From Candidatus Omnitrophota bacterium (GTDB lineage Bacteria; Omnitrophota; Gorgyraeia; B26-G9), in NCBI GenBank assembly GCA_043826565.1, contig JBDRPX010000015.1, positions 3,317 through 67,316 of the forward strand: a DNA stretch of 64,000 nucleotides, in the 5' to 3' direction. Position 1 is the first letter of the stretch; each line of letters opens with the position of its first letter. The notes below the pieces were generated by a model that was not told where the DNA came from, searched no databases, and saw only the letters and a program-made list of their open reading frames with translations. Both the position numbers and the translations under genes were made by a program. Positions 49,515-63,586 of the stretch are shown here, one piece after another.

Positions 49515-50885
49515 ATGGACAAAATCACATCAAAAAATCTGGTAAAAACTTTTGTTAAAGAATTCGCACTGCTTTGTACTGAACATTCTTTATATCCGGC
49601 ACAGCATCCCAGTGTACTTGCGCAAACAAAGCAAACATTTTCCGCGGCCGAAGCAATTTTAAGCATTATAGAATTGTTTTATATCGACATTGAAGAGGGA
49701 CAGTTTGCTTTTGAAGGCATTCCGTTATATGAAATAAGACACATTGTGGAAAAAACCGCTCAACTCCTGGATTCAAAAAAAATAAACACAATTTGTTTTA
49801 AGCGCGGAATAACTCCGCAGGAAATTACCTCCTTTATCCTGTTTGCGATAAAAACCCCCAGCCCGCAATCTCATGAACAACTGCAAGCAGCATTACAAAA
49901 ATCCGGAGTGACCAGTATCGTGTTGGAAAAAGCCCACCTATCTACAGATGTGGATACAGACTCCACAACATTTATTCCTCCGGAAAAGATTTATGGAAGC
50001 AGTGTTGAAACAAATAAATCAATTATTAAAGCCATCCAGGAAGGCAAAAAAATCCCGGTAGACCTGGTTAATAAAATATCTAAAGACATTACGGACATGA
50101 TCTCTAAGGATATGGCCGCTAGTATCGCGCTGACAACGCTTAAGGATTATGATGATTATACCTACACCCATTCGACAAATGTTGCCATATTATCCGTAAT
50201 TCTGGCGAAAAGTATTTTTGATAACGAGCAATTACTAAAAGACCTGGCCAGGGCCGCCCTATTGCATGATGTCGGAAAAACACTTCTTCCCATTGAAATC
50301 ATTCAAAAACCGGGAAAACTCGATGATCGGGAGTGGAAGATCATTCGGCAGCATCCTGTTTTAGGCGCGAAAATACTTGAACAGCAGGATCCGGTACACA
50401 CGCTTTCGGTGATCATTGCCGCTCAGCATCACATAAAATTTGATTTTAGCGGCTACCCGGGGAACATTACAAACCTGCATCCTTTAACCTTAATTGTTAA
50501 TATCTGCGATGTCTATGATGCCATAACTTCCCGGCGCCCCTATAAGGATGCTTTACAGCCGGATAAAGCTCTGGCGCTGATGATGAGCCTTGTGGGATGT
50601 GATTTTGACCCAAGATTTTTTAAAGTTTTTACGCATATGCTGGGTATTTATCCTCCGGGAAGTTTTGTACTCTTAAGTACTTCCGAGATCGCGGTTGTCC
50701 GAACGGTTAACCCTTTAGCTTTGTTACTGCCGGAAGTTAAGATCATCCGGACCGCTGATGAAAAAACAATGTTTGCACCGAAAATAATCAATCTTTTTAG
50801 TAAGGAAGACAACCCTTCCGGAATTACGATCACCGAAGTTATTGAACCTCGGGATCACGGGATCGACCCGCTTCTTTTTCTATAA
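49515..50885 (+). CDS. HD-GYP phosphodiesterase
   Basis: YTYTHSTNV, LLHDVGK, QHH, GYP, DVYDA..SRRPY. Confidence 0.92.
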   Translation: MDKITSKNLVKTFVKEFALLCTEHSLYPAQHPSVLAQTKQTFSAAEAILSIIELFYIDIEEGQFAFEGIPLYEIRHIVEKTAQLLDSKKINTICFKRGITPQEITSFILFAIKTPSPQSHEQLQAALQKSGVTSIVLEKAHLSTDVDTDSTTFIPPEKIYGSSVETNKSIIKAIQEGKKIPVDLVNKISKDITDMISKDMAASIALTTLKDYDDYTYTHSTNVAILSVILAKSIFDNEQLLKDLARAALLHDVGKTLLPIEIIQKPGKLDDREWKIIRQHPVLGAKILEQQDPVHTLSVIIAAQHHIKFDFSGYPGNITNLHPLTLIVNICDVYDAITSRRPYKDALQPDKALALMMSLVGCDFDPRFFKVFTHMLGIYPPGSFVLLSTSEIAVVRTVNPLALLLPEVKIIRTADEKTMFAPKIINLFSKEDNPSGITITEVIEPRDHGIDPLLFL

Positions 50886-50902
50886 ACCAGAGGCTTCCGC
50901 GG

Positions 50903-51589
50903 CTACTTAAGCCGGCTTTTAATAAATATCCGCACCTGCGCAAACACTTCCATCGCGAAATCTTTCGCATGCACCCAGCTGCTCTGGAAAAAAACACTCA
51001 AGGAAACCTCTTTATATAAAAAACTCAGCGGAATAATTAAGATGATTATATTAACAATATAAATTAGAACCAGGGAAAAAAGATACCCGTTATCAACAAG
51101 GTCCGGCTGTTTTGTTTTTAAAGAATCCGCGGTCATCACAAAATGGAACGATAAAGAAAACCCCAAGCTAAAAATAAAAATATTTGTGTATTGGTAAGCG
51201 CCTTTCCAAAAAAAACACAGAATCAAAAAGATCAGCGACAAAGCCGCGGTATAGATCGGAAAAAAATAAGGAGCTAAACTGATAATAAAGTTTGTCTTTG
51301 TTGTCCCCACGCTTCCGCCGCCGGAAGACACTTTAAAGGATTTTACCTTTCCCCCAAAAAGCATTGCGAAGAAAGCATGCACGGATTCATGTCCTAACAC
51401 ATATAAATAGTTAAACTTAACTACAAAAAGATGTATTAATATATATGCGCCTATTCCGGAAATAAAAAAAAGGTGAGTTTTTCCTATGGCTTTTAGGGAA
51501 ACAATGGCTTCATAAAGCCCCTGGCTGACTCCGATACAAATCGGAATCAGCCCGAGGCCAATAAAAATTTTCACTATCTTAAGCAACAT
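50903..51589 (-). CDS. M50-like membrane metallopeptidase
   Basis: HESVH (HExxH), LAPYFFP, multiple TMs. Confidence 0.75.
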   Translation of the reverse strand: MLLKIVKIFIGLGLIPICIGVSQGLYEAIVSLKAIGKTHLFFISGIGAYILIHLFVVKFNYLYVLGHESVHAFFAMLFGGKVKSFKVSSGGGSVGTTKTNFIISLAPYFFPIYTAALSLIFLILCFFWKGAYQYTNIFIFSLGFSLSFHFVMTADSLKTKQPDLVDNGYLFSLVLIYIVNIIILIIPLSFLYKEVSLSVFFQSSWVHAKDFAMEVFAQVRIFIKSRLK

Positions 51590-51609
51590 ATCATTATATA
51601 AGCAAATTA

Positions 51610-51897
51610 TTATACATTACCGGTTCCATCACACTTAGGACAAGGTCGTTTCCCGTTTTTGCAGTCAGGAACATTGCAACCAACTTTTCCGCCGGAACAT
51701 TGACTATTTTGGCAATTCCCTGTTCCATTACAGTCGGGACATTGCTTTATCCCTTCACATCCTCCACCCCCGATCGTTCCCTTCCCTTTACATCTCTCAC
51801 AATCTGCAGAACCATGACAAGTAATGCAAATAATTTTTCCCTCAACACACTTACTGCAATCAATTACCCTTGTACCATAACACCCAGAACAGATCAT
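51610..51897 (-). CDS. Small protein of DnaJ-type CxxCxGxG zinc-finger repeats
   Basis: About eight CxxC(xGxG)-like units; abuts the serS stop with RBS AGGAGG. Confidence 0.7.
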   Translation of the reverse strand: MICSGCYGTRVIDCSKCVEGKIICITCHGSADCERCKGKGTIGGGGCEGIKQCPDCNGTGNCQNSQCSGGKVGCNVPDCKNGKRPCPKCDGTGNV

Positions 51898-53190
51898 TTA
51901 CTCCTCCTTTCTTTGGTTAGGTTCAATAAGCTCCCGCCCGTCCATATACGGCCGTAAAACTTCCGGAACAATAATCGACCCGTCTTTTTGCTGATAGGTT
52001 TCCATTATCGCGATCACTGTTCTGGCCAAGGCAACACCGGAACCATTTAAAGTGTGCACAAAATTTGTTTTTCCGGTTGCGGAATCTTTATATTTAATAT
52101 TTGCCCGGCGCGCCTGAAAATCTTCAAAATTACTACAGCTGGAAACTTCCAGCCATTTCCCTACCCCCGGAGCCCACGCTTCGATATCATAACACTTAGC
52201 TGCCGCAAAGCTGATATCACCGGTTGATAAACACAGTACCCGATAAGGAAGTTTTAAAAGCTGAAGCACAGTTTCCGCGTTAGTTAATAAGGTTTCCAGC
52301 TCATTGTATGAATCCTGCGGTTTGACAAATTTAACCATTTCCACCTTATCAAACTGATGAACTCTCATCAAACCGCGGGTATCTTTACCATAAGACCCTG
52401 CTTCCCTTCTAAAGCAAGGGGTATAGGCGGTGTAATATATCGGGAGCTCCCCATCATTCAATACTTCATCTCTATGTATATTAGTTACAGGCACTTCTGC
52501 TGTTGGAATCAAAAATAAATCATCTTCACAGGCCCGATACATATCTTCTTCAAGCTTCGGAAGTTGTCCAGTCCCAGTCATGCTCGCCCTATTCACCAAA
52601 AGTGGAGGGGAAATCTCAGTATACCCGTGCTTTTGTGTGTGCAATCCCAACATAAAATTAATTAAAGCTCTTTCCATTCTGGCCCCAACACCTTTAAAAA
52701 GCACAAAATTTGACCCTGTCAACTTGGCTGCTCTGGCAAAATCTATAATATCAAGGTGTTCTGATAGAGCAATATGATCTTTTGGCGTAAAATCAAAAGA
52801 ACAGATTTCTCCCCATTTTTTAATTTCAATGTTTGCGGCGGCATCTTTTCCTATTGGTACTGATTTATGGGGTATATTTGGGACATTGATTACTATATCA
52901 GAAACTTTTTGGTTAACATCACCCACTTTTGCATCAAATTCCTTGATTTTTTGGGACAACTCCTTTAGTGTGGTTCTTTTTTCCGAAACATCTTCTTTTT
53001 TGGCTATTAGCTTAGCCATTTCATCAGAAGCCAGGTTTCTTTGACGTTTTAATTCCTCTACCTCGGTTAGTAGTTCTCTTTTTTGCTTATCCAGCGCCAG
53101 TAATTCATCAATACTAATACGCATATTGCGATTTCCTATCGCCGCTTTTACAATCTCTGGATTTTCTCTAATAAATTTTAGGTCTAACAT
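51898..53190 (-). CDS. serS: Serine--tRNA ligase
   Basis: LIPTAEVP, CFRREAG, HQFDKVE, EVSSCSN, TLNGSG. Confidence 0.97.
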   Translation of the reverse strand: MLDLKFIRENPEIVKAAIGNRNMRISIDELLALDKQKRELLTEVEELKRQRNLASDEMAKLIAKKEDVSEKRTTLKELSQKIKEFDAKVGDVNQKVSDIVINVPNIPHKSVPIGKDAAANIEIKKWGEICSFDFTPKDHIALSEHLDIIDFARAAKLTGSNFVLFKGVGARMERALINFMLGLHTQKHGYTEISPPLLVNRASMTGTGQLPKLEEDMYRACEDDLFLIPTAEVPVTNIHRDEVLNDGELPIYYTAYTPCFRREAGSYGKDTRGLMRVHQFDKVEMVKFVKPQDSYNELETLLTNAETVLQLLKLPYRVLCLSTGDISFAAAKCYDIEAWAPGVGKWLEVSSCSNFEDFQARRANIKYKDSATGKTNFVHTLNGSGVALARTVIAIMETYQQKDGSIIVPEVLRPYMDGRELIEPNQRKEE

Positions 53191-53359
53191 AGAATCAGCT
53201 CCTTAATTTGCCTTGGCAAATTAACCTCGAACATATTTTAGTGAGAGGTCTCTACATTTTTATTCTTACATTTGAAAATAACATAGCCTACTAAAAAACT
53301 CAAGCAAAAACACTATTTCTTTTTTTTGTTTTAACCTGTCACTTGCGACCTGAAACCAG

Positions 53360-54808
53360 TTACCCCTTAATTACTCCCAACGGTCGCATCCGGCACACTT
53401 TTTTGGAAATTCCCGCACCGTGAACAACCTCAACCACATCATTGACATTCTTGTATGCGTCCGGAGCTTCCTCGGCGATGGTATCTCTGCCCTTGGCGCG
53501 GATAATAATACCTTTTTGTTTTAAATCGTGAATGATCTTATGTCTATCCAGAGTACGAATAGCTTCTGATCGTGATTTTAATCTTCCTGCTCCATGGCAG
53601 GTACTGCCAAAAGTTTCCTCCATAGCGTTTTGTGTTCCCACAAGCAGATAAGAATGTGTGCCCATATCACCGGGAATAATTACCGGCTGGCCGATTTTCT
53701 TATATCTATCCGGCAGATCCGGATGTCCCGGACCAAAAGCCCGGGTCGCGCCTTTTCGATGAACACAAAGTTTTTTTTCTTTACCCTCAATAATATGTTT
53801 TTCTATTTTAGCCATATTATGGGAAACATCATAGATTAAATTCATTCCCAGTTTTTCCCAGCTTTGATTAAATACTTTTTCAAAAACATCCCGAGTATAC
53901 TGCATAAGCACCTGGCGATTCGCCCAGGCATAGTTGGCCGCGCAATTCATGGCTGATAAGTATCTTTCCCCCTCTTTTGACTCTACGGGAGCACAAGCCA
54001 ATTGTTTGTCCGGAACATTAATTTCATATTTTCGTAAACAATTCAACATTGTTTTAATGTAATCCGTGCATACCTGGTGACCAAACCCCCGCGATCCGGT
54101 ATGGATCATTACCGTTATCTGCCCTTTTTCCAGATTAAGCTCACGGGCAATATCTTCATCAAATATCGTGTCTATTACCTGCACTTCCAGAAAATGGTTA
54201 CCGGAGCCCAGGGTTCCGGATTGAGGCTTTCCTCTCTCATAAGCGCGCTCGGATACTGCCTCAGGATCAGTAAAATCCATTTTTCCGCCCTCTTCCGTAC
54301 ATTCGAGGTCGGATTTTATGCCAAATCCTTTAGCAACTGCCCACGCCGCCCCCTCAGTAAGCACTTTTACAGCCTCCGCTCCTTTAAGCTTTATCTGTCC
54401 AGTTGAGCCAACTCCTGAGGGAACAACATGATAGAGCTTATTTACCAGGTCTTCCAGGCTGCCACTCATCTCATCATAAAAAAGCCTGGTTTTCATTAAT
54501 CTCACTCCACAATTAATATCAAACCCAACGCCGCCAGGGCTAATTACTCCATTTTTCTCTATATTAGTCGCCACTACTCCACCGATAGGAAAACCATAAC
54601 CCCAGTGTATATCCGGCATAGCTAGGGCGTATTTTTCAATCCCCGGCAAAAAAGTTGTATTCGCCACCTGTTCTATGGCCTTGTCTTTTAATAAACTCGG
54701 AAGTAATTTTTCGCTGGTATAGATAACACCATCTACAAGCATGCCTGGTTTATAACTTTTAGGGATGCGGTAGCGATATTCATCTATTTTTTCTAAAATA
54801 TTCAGCAT
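53360..54808 (-). CDS. rtcB: RNA ligase RtcB
   Basis: MPDIHWGYGFPIG, DINCG, GSGNHF, HRKGA, HGAGR. Confidence 0.96.
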   Translation of the reverse strand: MLNILEKIDEYRYRIPKSYKPGMLVDGVIYTSEKLLPSLLKDKAIEQVANTTFLPGIEKYALAMPDIHWGYGFPIGGVVATNIEKNGVISPGGVGFDINCGVRLMKTRLFYDEMSGSLEDLVNKLYHVVPSGVGSTGQIKLKGAEAVKVLTEGAAWAVAKGFGIKSDLECTEEGGKMDFTDPEAVSERAYERGKPQSGTLGSGNHFLEVQVIDTIFDEDIARELNLEKGQITVMIHTGSRGFGHQVCTDYIKTMLNCLRKYEINVPDKQLACAPVESKEGERYLSAMNCAANYAWANRQVLMQYTRDVFEKVFNQSWEKLGMNLIYDVSHNMAKIEKHIIEGKEKKLCVHRKGATRAFGPGHPDLPDRYKKIGQPVIIPGDMGTHSYLLVGTQNAMEETFGSTCHGAGRLKSRSEAIRTLDRHKIIHDLKQKGIIIRAKGRDTIAEEAPDAYKNVNDVVEVVHGAGISKKVCRMRPLGVIKG

Positions 54809-54822
54809 AACTATCCCTTTAT

Positions 54823-55263
54823 TTATACATCAAATATTACTTCTGCTTGCCAGGAGTTGTTTACACGCGTAATTTTGAGCTGGTGATAAGTAACTGCTTT
54901 GATTTCAGTCACAGCTTCATAATTATGTTCGAGACGGGTAAAGGCAATGCTCGCCTTAAGTTCAATGCCGGAGAGTTTGGTAATGCGTATTTGGGAAGCA
55001 ACTCCCCTTTTAATATCAGCTAGGCTAAGCAGTTCGCTTAGCCAGCTAACCAGAAGTTCTTCGGCATTGTTCGCGGTAACCAACACTTTAACTTCTTCGG
55101 GCTGCCCCTTCTTTGGTTTAGGTTTTTGATCAGCAATTATGCTAAACATTCCCTGGGCCGCGTTTAAAAAAAGTTCTTTTTTGTTTTTTCCAAACGCCCG
55201 CAACCCAATATCTGCTGTGTGCTCTATAATTTCAAACTTCTTGCGTTGGCTCTTCTTCTTCAT
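54823..55263 (-). CDS. Archease
   Basis: [14 protein letters not shown], terminal FDV; adjacent to rtcB. Confidence 0.93.
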   Translation of the reverse strand: MKKKSQRKKFEIIEHTADIGLRAFGKNKKELFLNAAQGMFSIIADQKPKPKKGQPEEVKVLVTANNAEELLVSWLSELLSLADIKRGVASQIRITKLSGIELKASIAFTRLEHNYEAVTEIKAVTYHQLKITRVNNSWQAEVIFDV

Positions 55264-57685
55264 CTTTTGCGGCAACCCGCGCCACCGCGACAAGTTTATC
55301 TTTTTCTTTTGTCCGGATAAGTCTAACTCCCTGTGTGGACCGCCCGGTAGAACGGATATCTTTTATGGGACAGCGGACAACCATAGCGCTGGAAGTAATC
55401 AGCATTAGTTCATCATCATCTACAACAGTCCTAAACGCGACCACTCCTCCGTTTGTTACTGTTGTCTTAATATTAATTATACCTTTTCCGCCGCGGCTTT
55501 GAATGCGGTATTCCTCGAATTTTGTTCTCTTGCCAAAACCGTTCTCGGTAACGGTAAGCATGGTTCCTTCTTTTTCAACAATCTCCATTCCGATCACATA
55601 GTCTTTTTTTGCCAAGGAGATCCCGCGGACACCGGAAGCTGTCCGGCCCATATCTCTTACGTCGGTCTCGGAAAATCTTATCGCTTTACCCTCTTTTGTT
55701 GCCAGAATGATTTCCTGTTGTCCATCAGTAAGTTTACAGCCGATCAGCTGGTCTTTGTCGCGCAGGGTTATGGCGCTGATGCCGCCTTTGCGCGGATGGC
55801 TATAGGCCATTAGGTCGGTCTTTTTCACTTGACCGTTTTTGGTAGCCATGGTCAAAAACTTTCCTTCTTCAAACGATTTTACCTGTATTAACGCGCTTAT
55901 CTGCTCTCCGGATTCAAATTGGAGTAAGTTTACAATCGCTTTCCCTTTAGAAAGCCTCCCCGCCTGCGGTATTTCATAAACTTTTACCCAAAAAACCTGC
56001 CCCTTATCGGTAAATACCAGTAGATAGTCATGGGTTGAAGCGATAAACATGTGCTCGATAAAATCTTCATCTCTCATTCCCGCGCCGGTCACTCCTTTTC
56101 CTCCGCGCCGCTGCTGACGATACGCGCTAACCAGCTGACGCTTAATATAACCGGCATGGGAAATTGTAATAACAACATCTTCCTGCGCAATCAGGTCTTC
56201 TATCTCAAAGTCTTCTACCTGAGCCAGGATAAATGTTCTTCTTGCGTCTCCGTATTTTTTTTGAAGGGCGAGAAGCTCTTCCTTAATAATCGCTAAAACT
56301 TTTTTCAGATCAGCAAGAATTGCTTTAAGCAGATTAATTTTCTTTAAAAGTTCGAGATATTCATTTTCAATTTTTTCCCGTTCTAATGCTGTCAACCTCT
56401 GCAGCTGCATTTCCAGGATTGCCTGAGACTGAGCATCGGATAATCCGAAATTTTCCATTAATCCGGATTTAGCGTCCGCGGTTGTTTTAGAGCCGCGAAT
56501 AAGCTTAATGATCTTGTCCAGATTGTCCAGACAGATTTTTAGTCCTTCTAAGATGTGCGCCCTTTCCTGAGCTTTGCGCAAATCAAATTTTGTCCGGCGA
56601 ATAATAATTTCCTGGCGATGTTCAATATAGTGATGTAATATTTGTTTTAATGTTAATACCCGCGGCCGATTATCAACCAGAGCCAGCAAAATAATCCCAA
56701 AAGTTGTTTCCAACTGAGTATGCTTATATAAAAGATTTAGCACAACCTGCGCATTCGCGTCTTTTTTTAAGTCTATAACAAACCGCATACCGTCTTTATC
56801 CGATTCGTCGCGAATATCGGAAATTCCTTCAATTTTTTTAATCTGTACCAGATTGGCGATCGCTTCGATAACATTTGTTTTGTTAACCTGATAAGGAATC
56901 TCATTAATCACAATGGATTCTCGGCCGGATTTGTGTTCTTCAATAGCCGCTTTGGCGCGAACTTTTATTGTCGCCCGCCCGGTTTCATACGCCTTTTTAA
57001 TCCCTTCTTTTCCGCAAATAATCCCTCCGGTAGGAAAATCCGGGCCGGTTATGTATTGCATCAGCTCTTTTAATTTAGCTTCCGGATGATCAATTAGATA
57101 AACAATCGCGTCAATAACTTCCGTAAGATTATGCGGGGGAATGTTTGTGGCCATCCCCACAGCAATTCCACTGGATCCATTCACAAGTAATCCCGGCAAT
57201 ACCGCCGGAAGTATTTTGGGTTCTACTAAAGATTCATCAAAATTAGGGGAAAAATCCACCGTGTCTTTTTCTATATCTACAAGCATTTCTTTGGTTATTG
57301 AGGCCATCCGCGCCTCGGTATACCTCATGGCCGCGGCAGAATCACCGTCAATAGAACCAAAATTCCCCTGCCCGTCAATAAAAGGATATCGTAAAGAAAA
57401 TGTCTGCACCATTCGAACCAGAGAATCATACACCGCGGTGTCTCCGTGGGGATGATATTTACCTAAAACTTCTCCGACAATACGCGCGGATTTTTTATAG
57501 GGCTTACTGTGGTCTAGGTTTAACTCCTTCATCGCGTAAAGTATTCTGCGGTGTACGGGTTTTAACCCATCCCGGATATCCGGCAGAGCGCGCCCCACGA
57601 TTACACTCATCGCGTAATCAATATATGATCGCTTCATTTCTTCTTCAATTGGAACGATTACTATTTTTTCGTTTTCCGTGTACAT
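55232..57685 (-). CDS. gyrA: DNA gyrase subunit A
   Basis: [22 protein letters not shown], GyrA-box QRRGGKG. Confidence 0.98.
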   Translation of the reverse strand: MYTENEKIVIVPIEEEMKRSYIDYAMSVIVGRALPDIRDGLKPVHRRILYAMKELNLDHSKPYKKSARIVGEVLGKYHPHGDTAVYDSLVRMVQTFSLRYPFIDGQGNFGSIDGDSAAAMRYTEARMASITKEMLVDIEKDTVDFSPNFDESLVEPKILPAVLPGLLVNGSSGIAVGMATNIPPHNLTEVIDAIVYLIDHPEAKLKELMQYITGPDFPTGGIICGKEGIKKAYETGRATIKVRAKAAIEEHKSGRESIVINEIPYQVNKTNVIEAIANLVQIKKIEGISDIRDESDKDGMRFVIDLKKDANAQVVLNLLYKHTQLETTFGIILLALVDNRPRVLTLKQILHHYIEHRQEIIIRRTKFDLRKAQERAHILEGLKICLDNLDKIIKLIRGSKTTADAKSGLMENFGLSDAQSQAILEMQLQRLTALEREKIENEYLELLKKINLLKAILADLKKVLAIIKEELLALQKKYGDARRTFILAQVEDFEIEDLIAQEDVVITISHAGYIKRQLVSAYRQQRRGGKGVTGAGMRDEDFIEHMFIASTHDYLLVFTDKGQVFWVKVYEIPQAGRLSKGKAIVNLLQFESGEQISALIQVKSFEEGKFLTMATKNGQVKKTDLMAYSHPRKGGISAITLRDKDQLIGCKLTDGQQEIILATKEGKAIRFSETDVRDMGRTASGVRGISLAKKDYVIGMEIVEKEGTMLTVTENGFGKRTKFEEYRIQSRGGKGIINIKTTVTNGGVVAFRTVVDDDELMLITSSAMVVRCPIKDIRSTGRSTQGVRLIRTKEKDKLVAVARVAAKDEEEEPTQEV

Positions 57686-57712
57686 TGCTTTTGTGTCTCC
57701 TTGTCCTTGTCT

Positions 57713-57739
57713 CGGGCGGAGGCAAGCGCCGCCCCTACA
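57713..57739 (-). repeat. GTAG-type REP element
   Basis: TGTAGGGGCGGCGCTTGCCTCCGCCCG; sibling at 60867-60893. Confidence 0.7.
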
Positions 57740-57749
57740 CTATTAATTT

Positions 57750-60275
<2,526 letters not shown>

Positions 60276-60359
60276 TTATGTGATCCACCACAAAGCATTG
60301 GCAGATAATCTTCGCCTTATTCCTCTCTGGCTTAAAAGTCAATTTTTTCTGCGTCTCGA

Positions 60360-60542
60360 TTAAAATAAAACGTTTGTTCTTTTTATTAATGTTTTAATAG
60401 TTGTGTTTGTTTTATATTTATTCCCTTGTTTTGTGATTATTGTTGTTTTTGTTTTTGCTTTATTTTTTTTTGTATTAGAGCTAATTATTACAATAATATC
60501 ATCAAGGGTTATTGTTTTTTGTTTATCAATATAAAGAAACAT
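60360..60542 (-). CDS. RemB/DUF370-like small protein
   Basis: MFLYI...IIVI...TLIKR pattern; typical position upstream of gyrB. Confidence 0.6.
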   Translation of the reverse strand: MFLYIDKQKTITLDDIIVIISSNTKKNKAKTKTTIITKQGNKYKTNTTIKTLIKRTNVLF

Positions 60543-60857
60543 TTAAGTTATTTGCCCTATTTTAAAACGTATATCTTTAATTGCTTCTGTTTCATTGAAT
60601 TCTGCGGCAATAAGTTTAATTTTTTCCATTATTCGGTATTTATTTAAAGTTAATTGGTGTAACCATGCTGAATTAGAAACAACAATTATTAATATTTTAT
60701 TTTTAATCATTACTGGTTTTGTATACGGCCAGGCTTCTTCGGAAACAATTTTATCCCAATTATCTATAATTTGTGTTTTTAAAGATTCTTTTTTTGGTTT
60801 ATTCTCCTGTATAAATTTTTCAATTAAATCTTTAATAATAACCGGTTTATTCTTCAT
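60543..60857 (-). CDS. dciA: DciA (DUF721) helicase-loading factor
   Basis: WDKIV, LIIVVSNSAWLHQL, IKDIRF; position after dnaN. Confidence 0.8.
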   Translation of the reverse strand: MKNKPVIIKDLIEKFIQENKPKKESLKTQIIDNWDKIVSEEAWPYTKPVMIKNKILIIVVSNSAWLHQLTLNKYRIMEKIKLIAAEFNETEAIKDIRFKIGQIT

Positions 60858-60866
60858 TTTTTATCT

Positions 60867-60893
60867 CGAGCGGACACAAGGGCCGCCCCTACA
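60867..60893 (-). repeat. GTAG-type REP element
   Basis: TGTAGGGGCGGCCCTTGTGTCCGCTCG. Confidence 0.7.
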
Positions 60894-60902
60894 GGTTTTA
60901 CA

Positions 60903-62009
60903 TTATGCTAACTGCATTGGTAAAACAATATACACATAAAAACTATTAAGTTCTGGAAGCTGTTCGCGGAAAACACCGGGCTTTTCTGCGTCACCGATCT
61001 CAAATTCAACAGTATCTTTTTGTAATACTTTTAATACATCAATTAAATAAAGCGGATTAAAACCAACGGTTAATTCATTTCCGCTATATTGTGTTTTGAT
61101 TTCTTCTTTTACTTCCCCAATATCCGGGGTCATTTTAGAAATAACAAGTTTGTTTTTAAAAATATCGAGTTTTATAGATTGGGAATCTAGACTTGTAAAA
61201 AGACTGGCTCTTTTTACCGCAGACATTAAACTCTCTTTATTAACTTCTATTTTTTCTTGTTTTTCTTTAGGTATAACTTGATCATAATTAGGAAATTCAC
61301 CTTCTATTAATCGGGAAATAATCATTGTTTCATCCAGCTCAAACGCTACTTGGTTTTCGGAGAAAATTATTCTTACCTGCCCCTCTTCTTTTAATATTTT
61401 ACTTAGCTCATTTATTGTTTTTAGGGGAATTATTGCCTCTCTTTTTTCAACATCAGCGGATAATTTACTTTCCGCTAAAGCTAAGCGTCTTCCATCTGTA
61501 GCAACTAACCGTAATATTTTATTCTTAAAAATAAAAAGTGTTCCATTTAAAACATACCTTGTTTCATCTCGAGACATGGCAAAACTTACTTTTTTTAATA
61601 ACTTCTTTAATAATACCTGGTCTAAAACAATTCCATCCTTACTATTGAATTTAGGGATAGATGGAAACTCTTCTTTAGGTAATCCGATCAATCGAAAGGA
61701 ACAATTACTAGAGTCAATAATCATATTATAATTTTTTCTTACATTAATCGTAACCTCTCCATTAGGAAGTTCTTTTATAATATCCGCAAAGCGTTTTGCC
61801 GGAATAGTGATATTTCCTTCGTCAATAATCTCGGCATTAGCTTTATATATGATTCCTATATCCAGATCTGTAGCGTTAAAGTTTAAGGTATCTTTTTGCC
61901 CTTCAATTAAAACATTTGATAATATTGGTAATGTTGTTTTAGTTGCTACGGCACCTTCAACTGTTTGGATCGCGTTCATTAATGTTTCTTTTGTGGATTT
62001 AAAGCGCAT
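60903..62009 (-). CDS. dnaN: DNA polymerase III beta clamp
   Basis: ATDLD, RYVLNG, VATDGRRL, GEFPNY, GFNPLYL, VLPM. Confidence 0.97.
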   Translation of the reverse strand: MRFKSTKETLMNAIQTVEGAVATKTTLPILSNVLIEGQKDTLNFNATDLDIGIIYKANAEIIDEGNITIPAKRFADIIKELPNGEVTINVRKNYNMIIDSSNCSFRLIGLPKEEFPSIPKFNSKDGIVLDQVLLKKLLKKVSFAMSRDETRYVLNGTLFIFKNKILRLVATDGRRLALAESKLSADVEKREAIIPLKTINELSKILKEEGQVRIIFSENQVAFELDETMIISRLIEGEFPNYDQVIPKEKQEKIEVNKESLMSAVKRASLFTSLDSQSIKLDIFKNKLVISKMTPDIGEVKEEIKTQYSGNELTVGFNPLYLIDVLKVLQKDTVEFEIGDAEKPGVFREQLPELNSFYVYIVLPMQLA

Positions 62010-62180
62010 CTTATCCCCCTTTTTATTAACAGATTGTTATACTAATATTCTATTATATTATATCTAAAAATCAGCCGTCTTAGTAGTAGTACTCTTGTTA
62101 ATATGTTAATAACTAAGTTAAACCAACACACCGAACAAGGTTATATTTTTTATAAACTGTTGATAAGTGATGTTAATAAT
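62010..62180. promoter_or_regulatory. Probable oriC unwinding region (dnaA-dnaN intergenic)
   Basis: DnaA-box variants (62023, 62096, 62104, 62158, 62171), TAG trios 62081-62091, AT-rich tract. Confidence 0.75.
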
Positions 62181-63484
62181 CCGTTAAGCTGTTCATCGTT
62201 TTGAATTTGTTTTTTTATTTTCTCGTAAGCGTGTAAAACAGTTGTGTGATCCCGGCCGCCGAAATTTTCTCCGATTTCCGCAAGAGAATGATTTGTAAGT
62301 TTACGTGATAAATACATCGCTATTTGCCGGGGGTGTGAAATAACCTTACTTCTCCCCCCTTTTTTTATGTCGGAAACTTTCACATCAAACTTTTCCGAGA
62401 TAACCCGCTGAATTTTATCAATTGTAATAACTTTTTTAGCGGAATCTTCTTTTATGGAATCTTTCAACACTTCGGCGGCAATATCAATAGAAATAGAATT
62501 GTTAGTCAATAAGGAATACGCGACAACCCTTATAAGGGCGCCTTCTAATTCTCGAATATTTGAACGGATTTTTTCGGCGATAAAAAACATTACTTCGTCA
62601 GGAACTTTAACAATTTCTCTCTCCGCCTTCTTTTTTAAAATAGCAATCCTTGTTTCCAGATCGGGCGGCTGAATATCTGTAACCAAACCCCACTCAAACC
62701 TTGAGATCAGCCGTTCTTCTAATCCGGAAATAACTTTAGGCGGACGGTCGCTGGAAACCACGATCTGTTTATGCGCGTCGTATAAAGTATTAAAAGTGTG
62801 AAAAAATTCCTCCTGGGTACTTTCCTTTCCGCCGATAAACTGGATATCATCGATTAATAAAATATCCACACTTCTATATTTTTCGCGAAAACGCGTTGTG
62901 GTTCGAGTCTGAATAGCATTAATAAGCTGATTAGTAAAACGCTCACTGGTGGTATATGACAATTTTGCTTTATTATTTTTTTCTTGAATATGGTGTCCGA
63001 TAGCCTGCATAAGATGAGTTTTTCCTAACCCCACTCCCCCATAAATAAAAAGAGGATTATACGAACGCGCCGGAGATTCCGCGACCGCAATGCTGGCAGC
63101 ATGAGCAAAGCGATTGCTGGGACCGACAACAAAACTATCAAAAGTGTATTTAGGATTTAAATAAATATCTGTACGCTGACGAGGAATCTGAAAAGAAGGA
63201 GTGTTTGTTTTTTCAATAAGTATCTCTTTACTGTTTTCAGAAATAATTAAATCCACGCGAATTTTTTTATTTAATACCTGAGTAGCCGCGCGCAGTATAT
63301 CGCCGAGATAATGATCAAGCAGCCATTCTTTGAAAAATTTATTAGGAACTTCAACAGTTAAAAATTCTTCGGAAAGCTCAACTCCAACTGTAGGCTTTAG
63401 CCAGGTTTCAAAACGCTGAGCGCTGATATCTTGTTTTAATATGGACAACACTTCGGTCCAAAGGTCTGAGGCCTTTATATTCAT
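62150..63484 (-). CDS. dnaA: Chromosomal replication initiator DnaA
   Basis: GGVGLGKTHL, LLIDDIQ, RELEGAL, GGRDHTTV. Confidence 0.98.
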   Translation of the reverse strand: MNIKASDLWTEVLSILKQDISAQRFETWLKPTVGVELSEEFLTVEVPNKFFKEWLLDHYLGDILRAATQVLNKKIRVDLIISENSKEILIEKTNTPSFQIPRQRTDIYLNPKYTFDSFVVGPSNRFAHAASIAVAESPARSYNPLFIYGGVGLGKTHLMQAIGHHIQEKNNKAKLSYTTSERFTNQLINAIQTRTTTRFREKYRSVDILLIDDIQFIGGKESTQEEFFHTFNTLYDAHKQIVVSSDRPPKVISGLEERLISRFEWGLVTDIQPPDLETRIAILKKKAEREIVKVPDEVMFFIAEKIRSNIRELEGALIRVVAYSLLTNNSISIDIAAEVLKDSIKEDSAKKVITIDKIQRVISEKFDVKVSDIKKGGRSKVISHPRQIAMYLSRKLTNHSLAEIGENFGGRDHTTVLHAYEKIKKQIQNDEQLNGLLTSLINSL

Positions 63485-63586
63485 ATGAGTAAGGGGTTGT
63501 GGTTAAAGTTATTAACAAAACAAAAATGTAATCAATATTGTTGTAACACCTTTAATCGGGGTAAGTTGGGGGTTTTATTTAATTTT

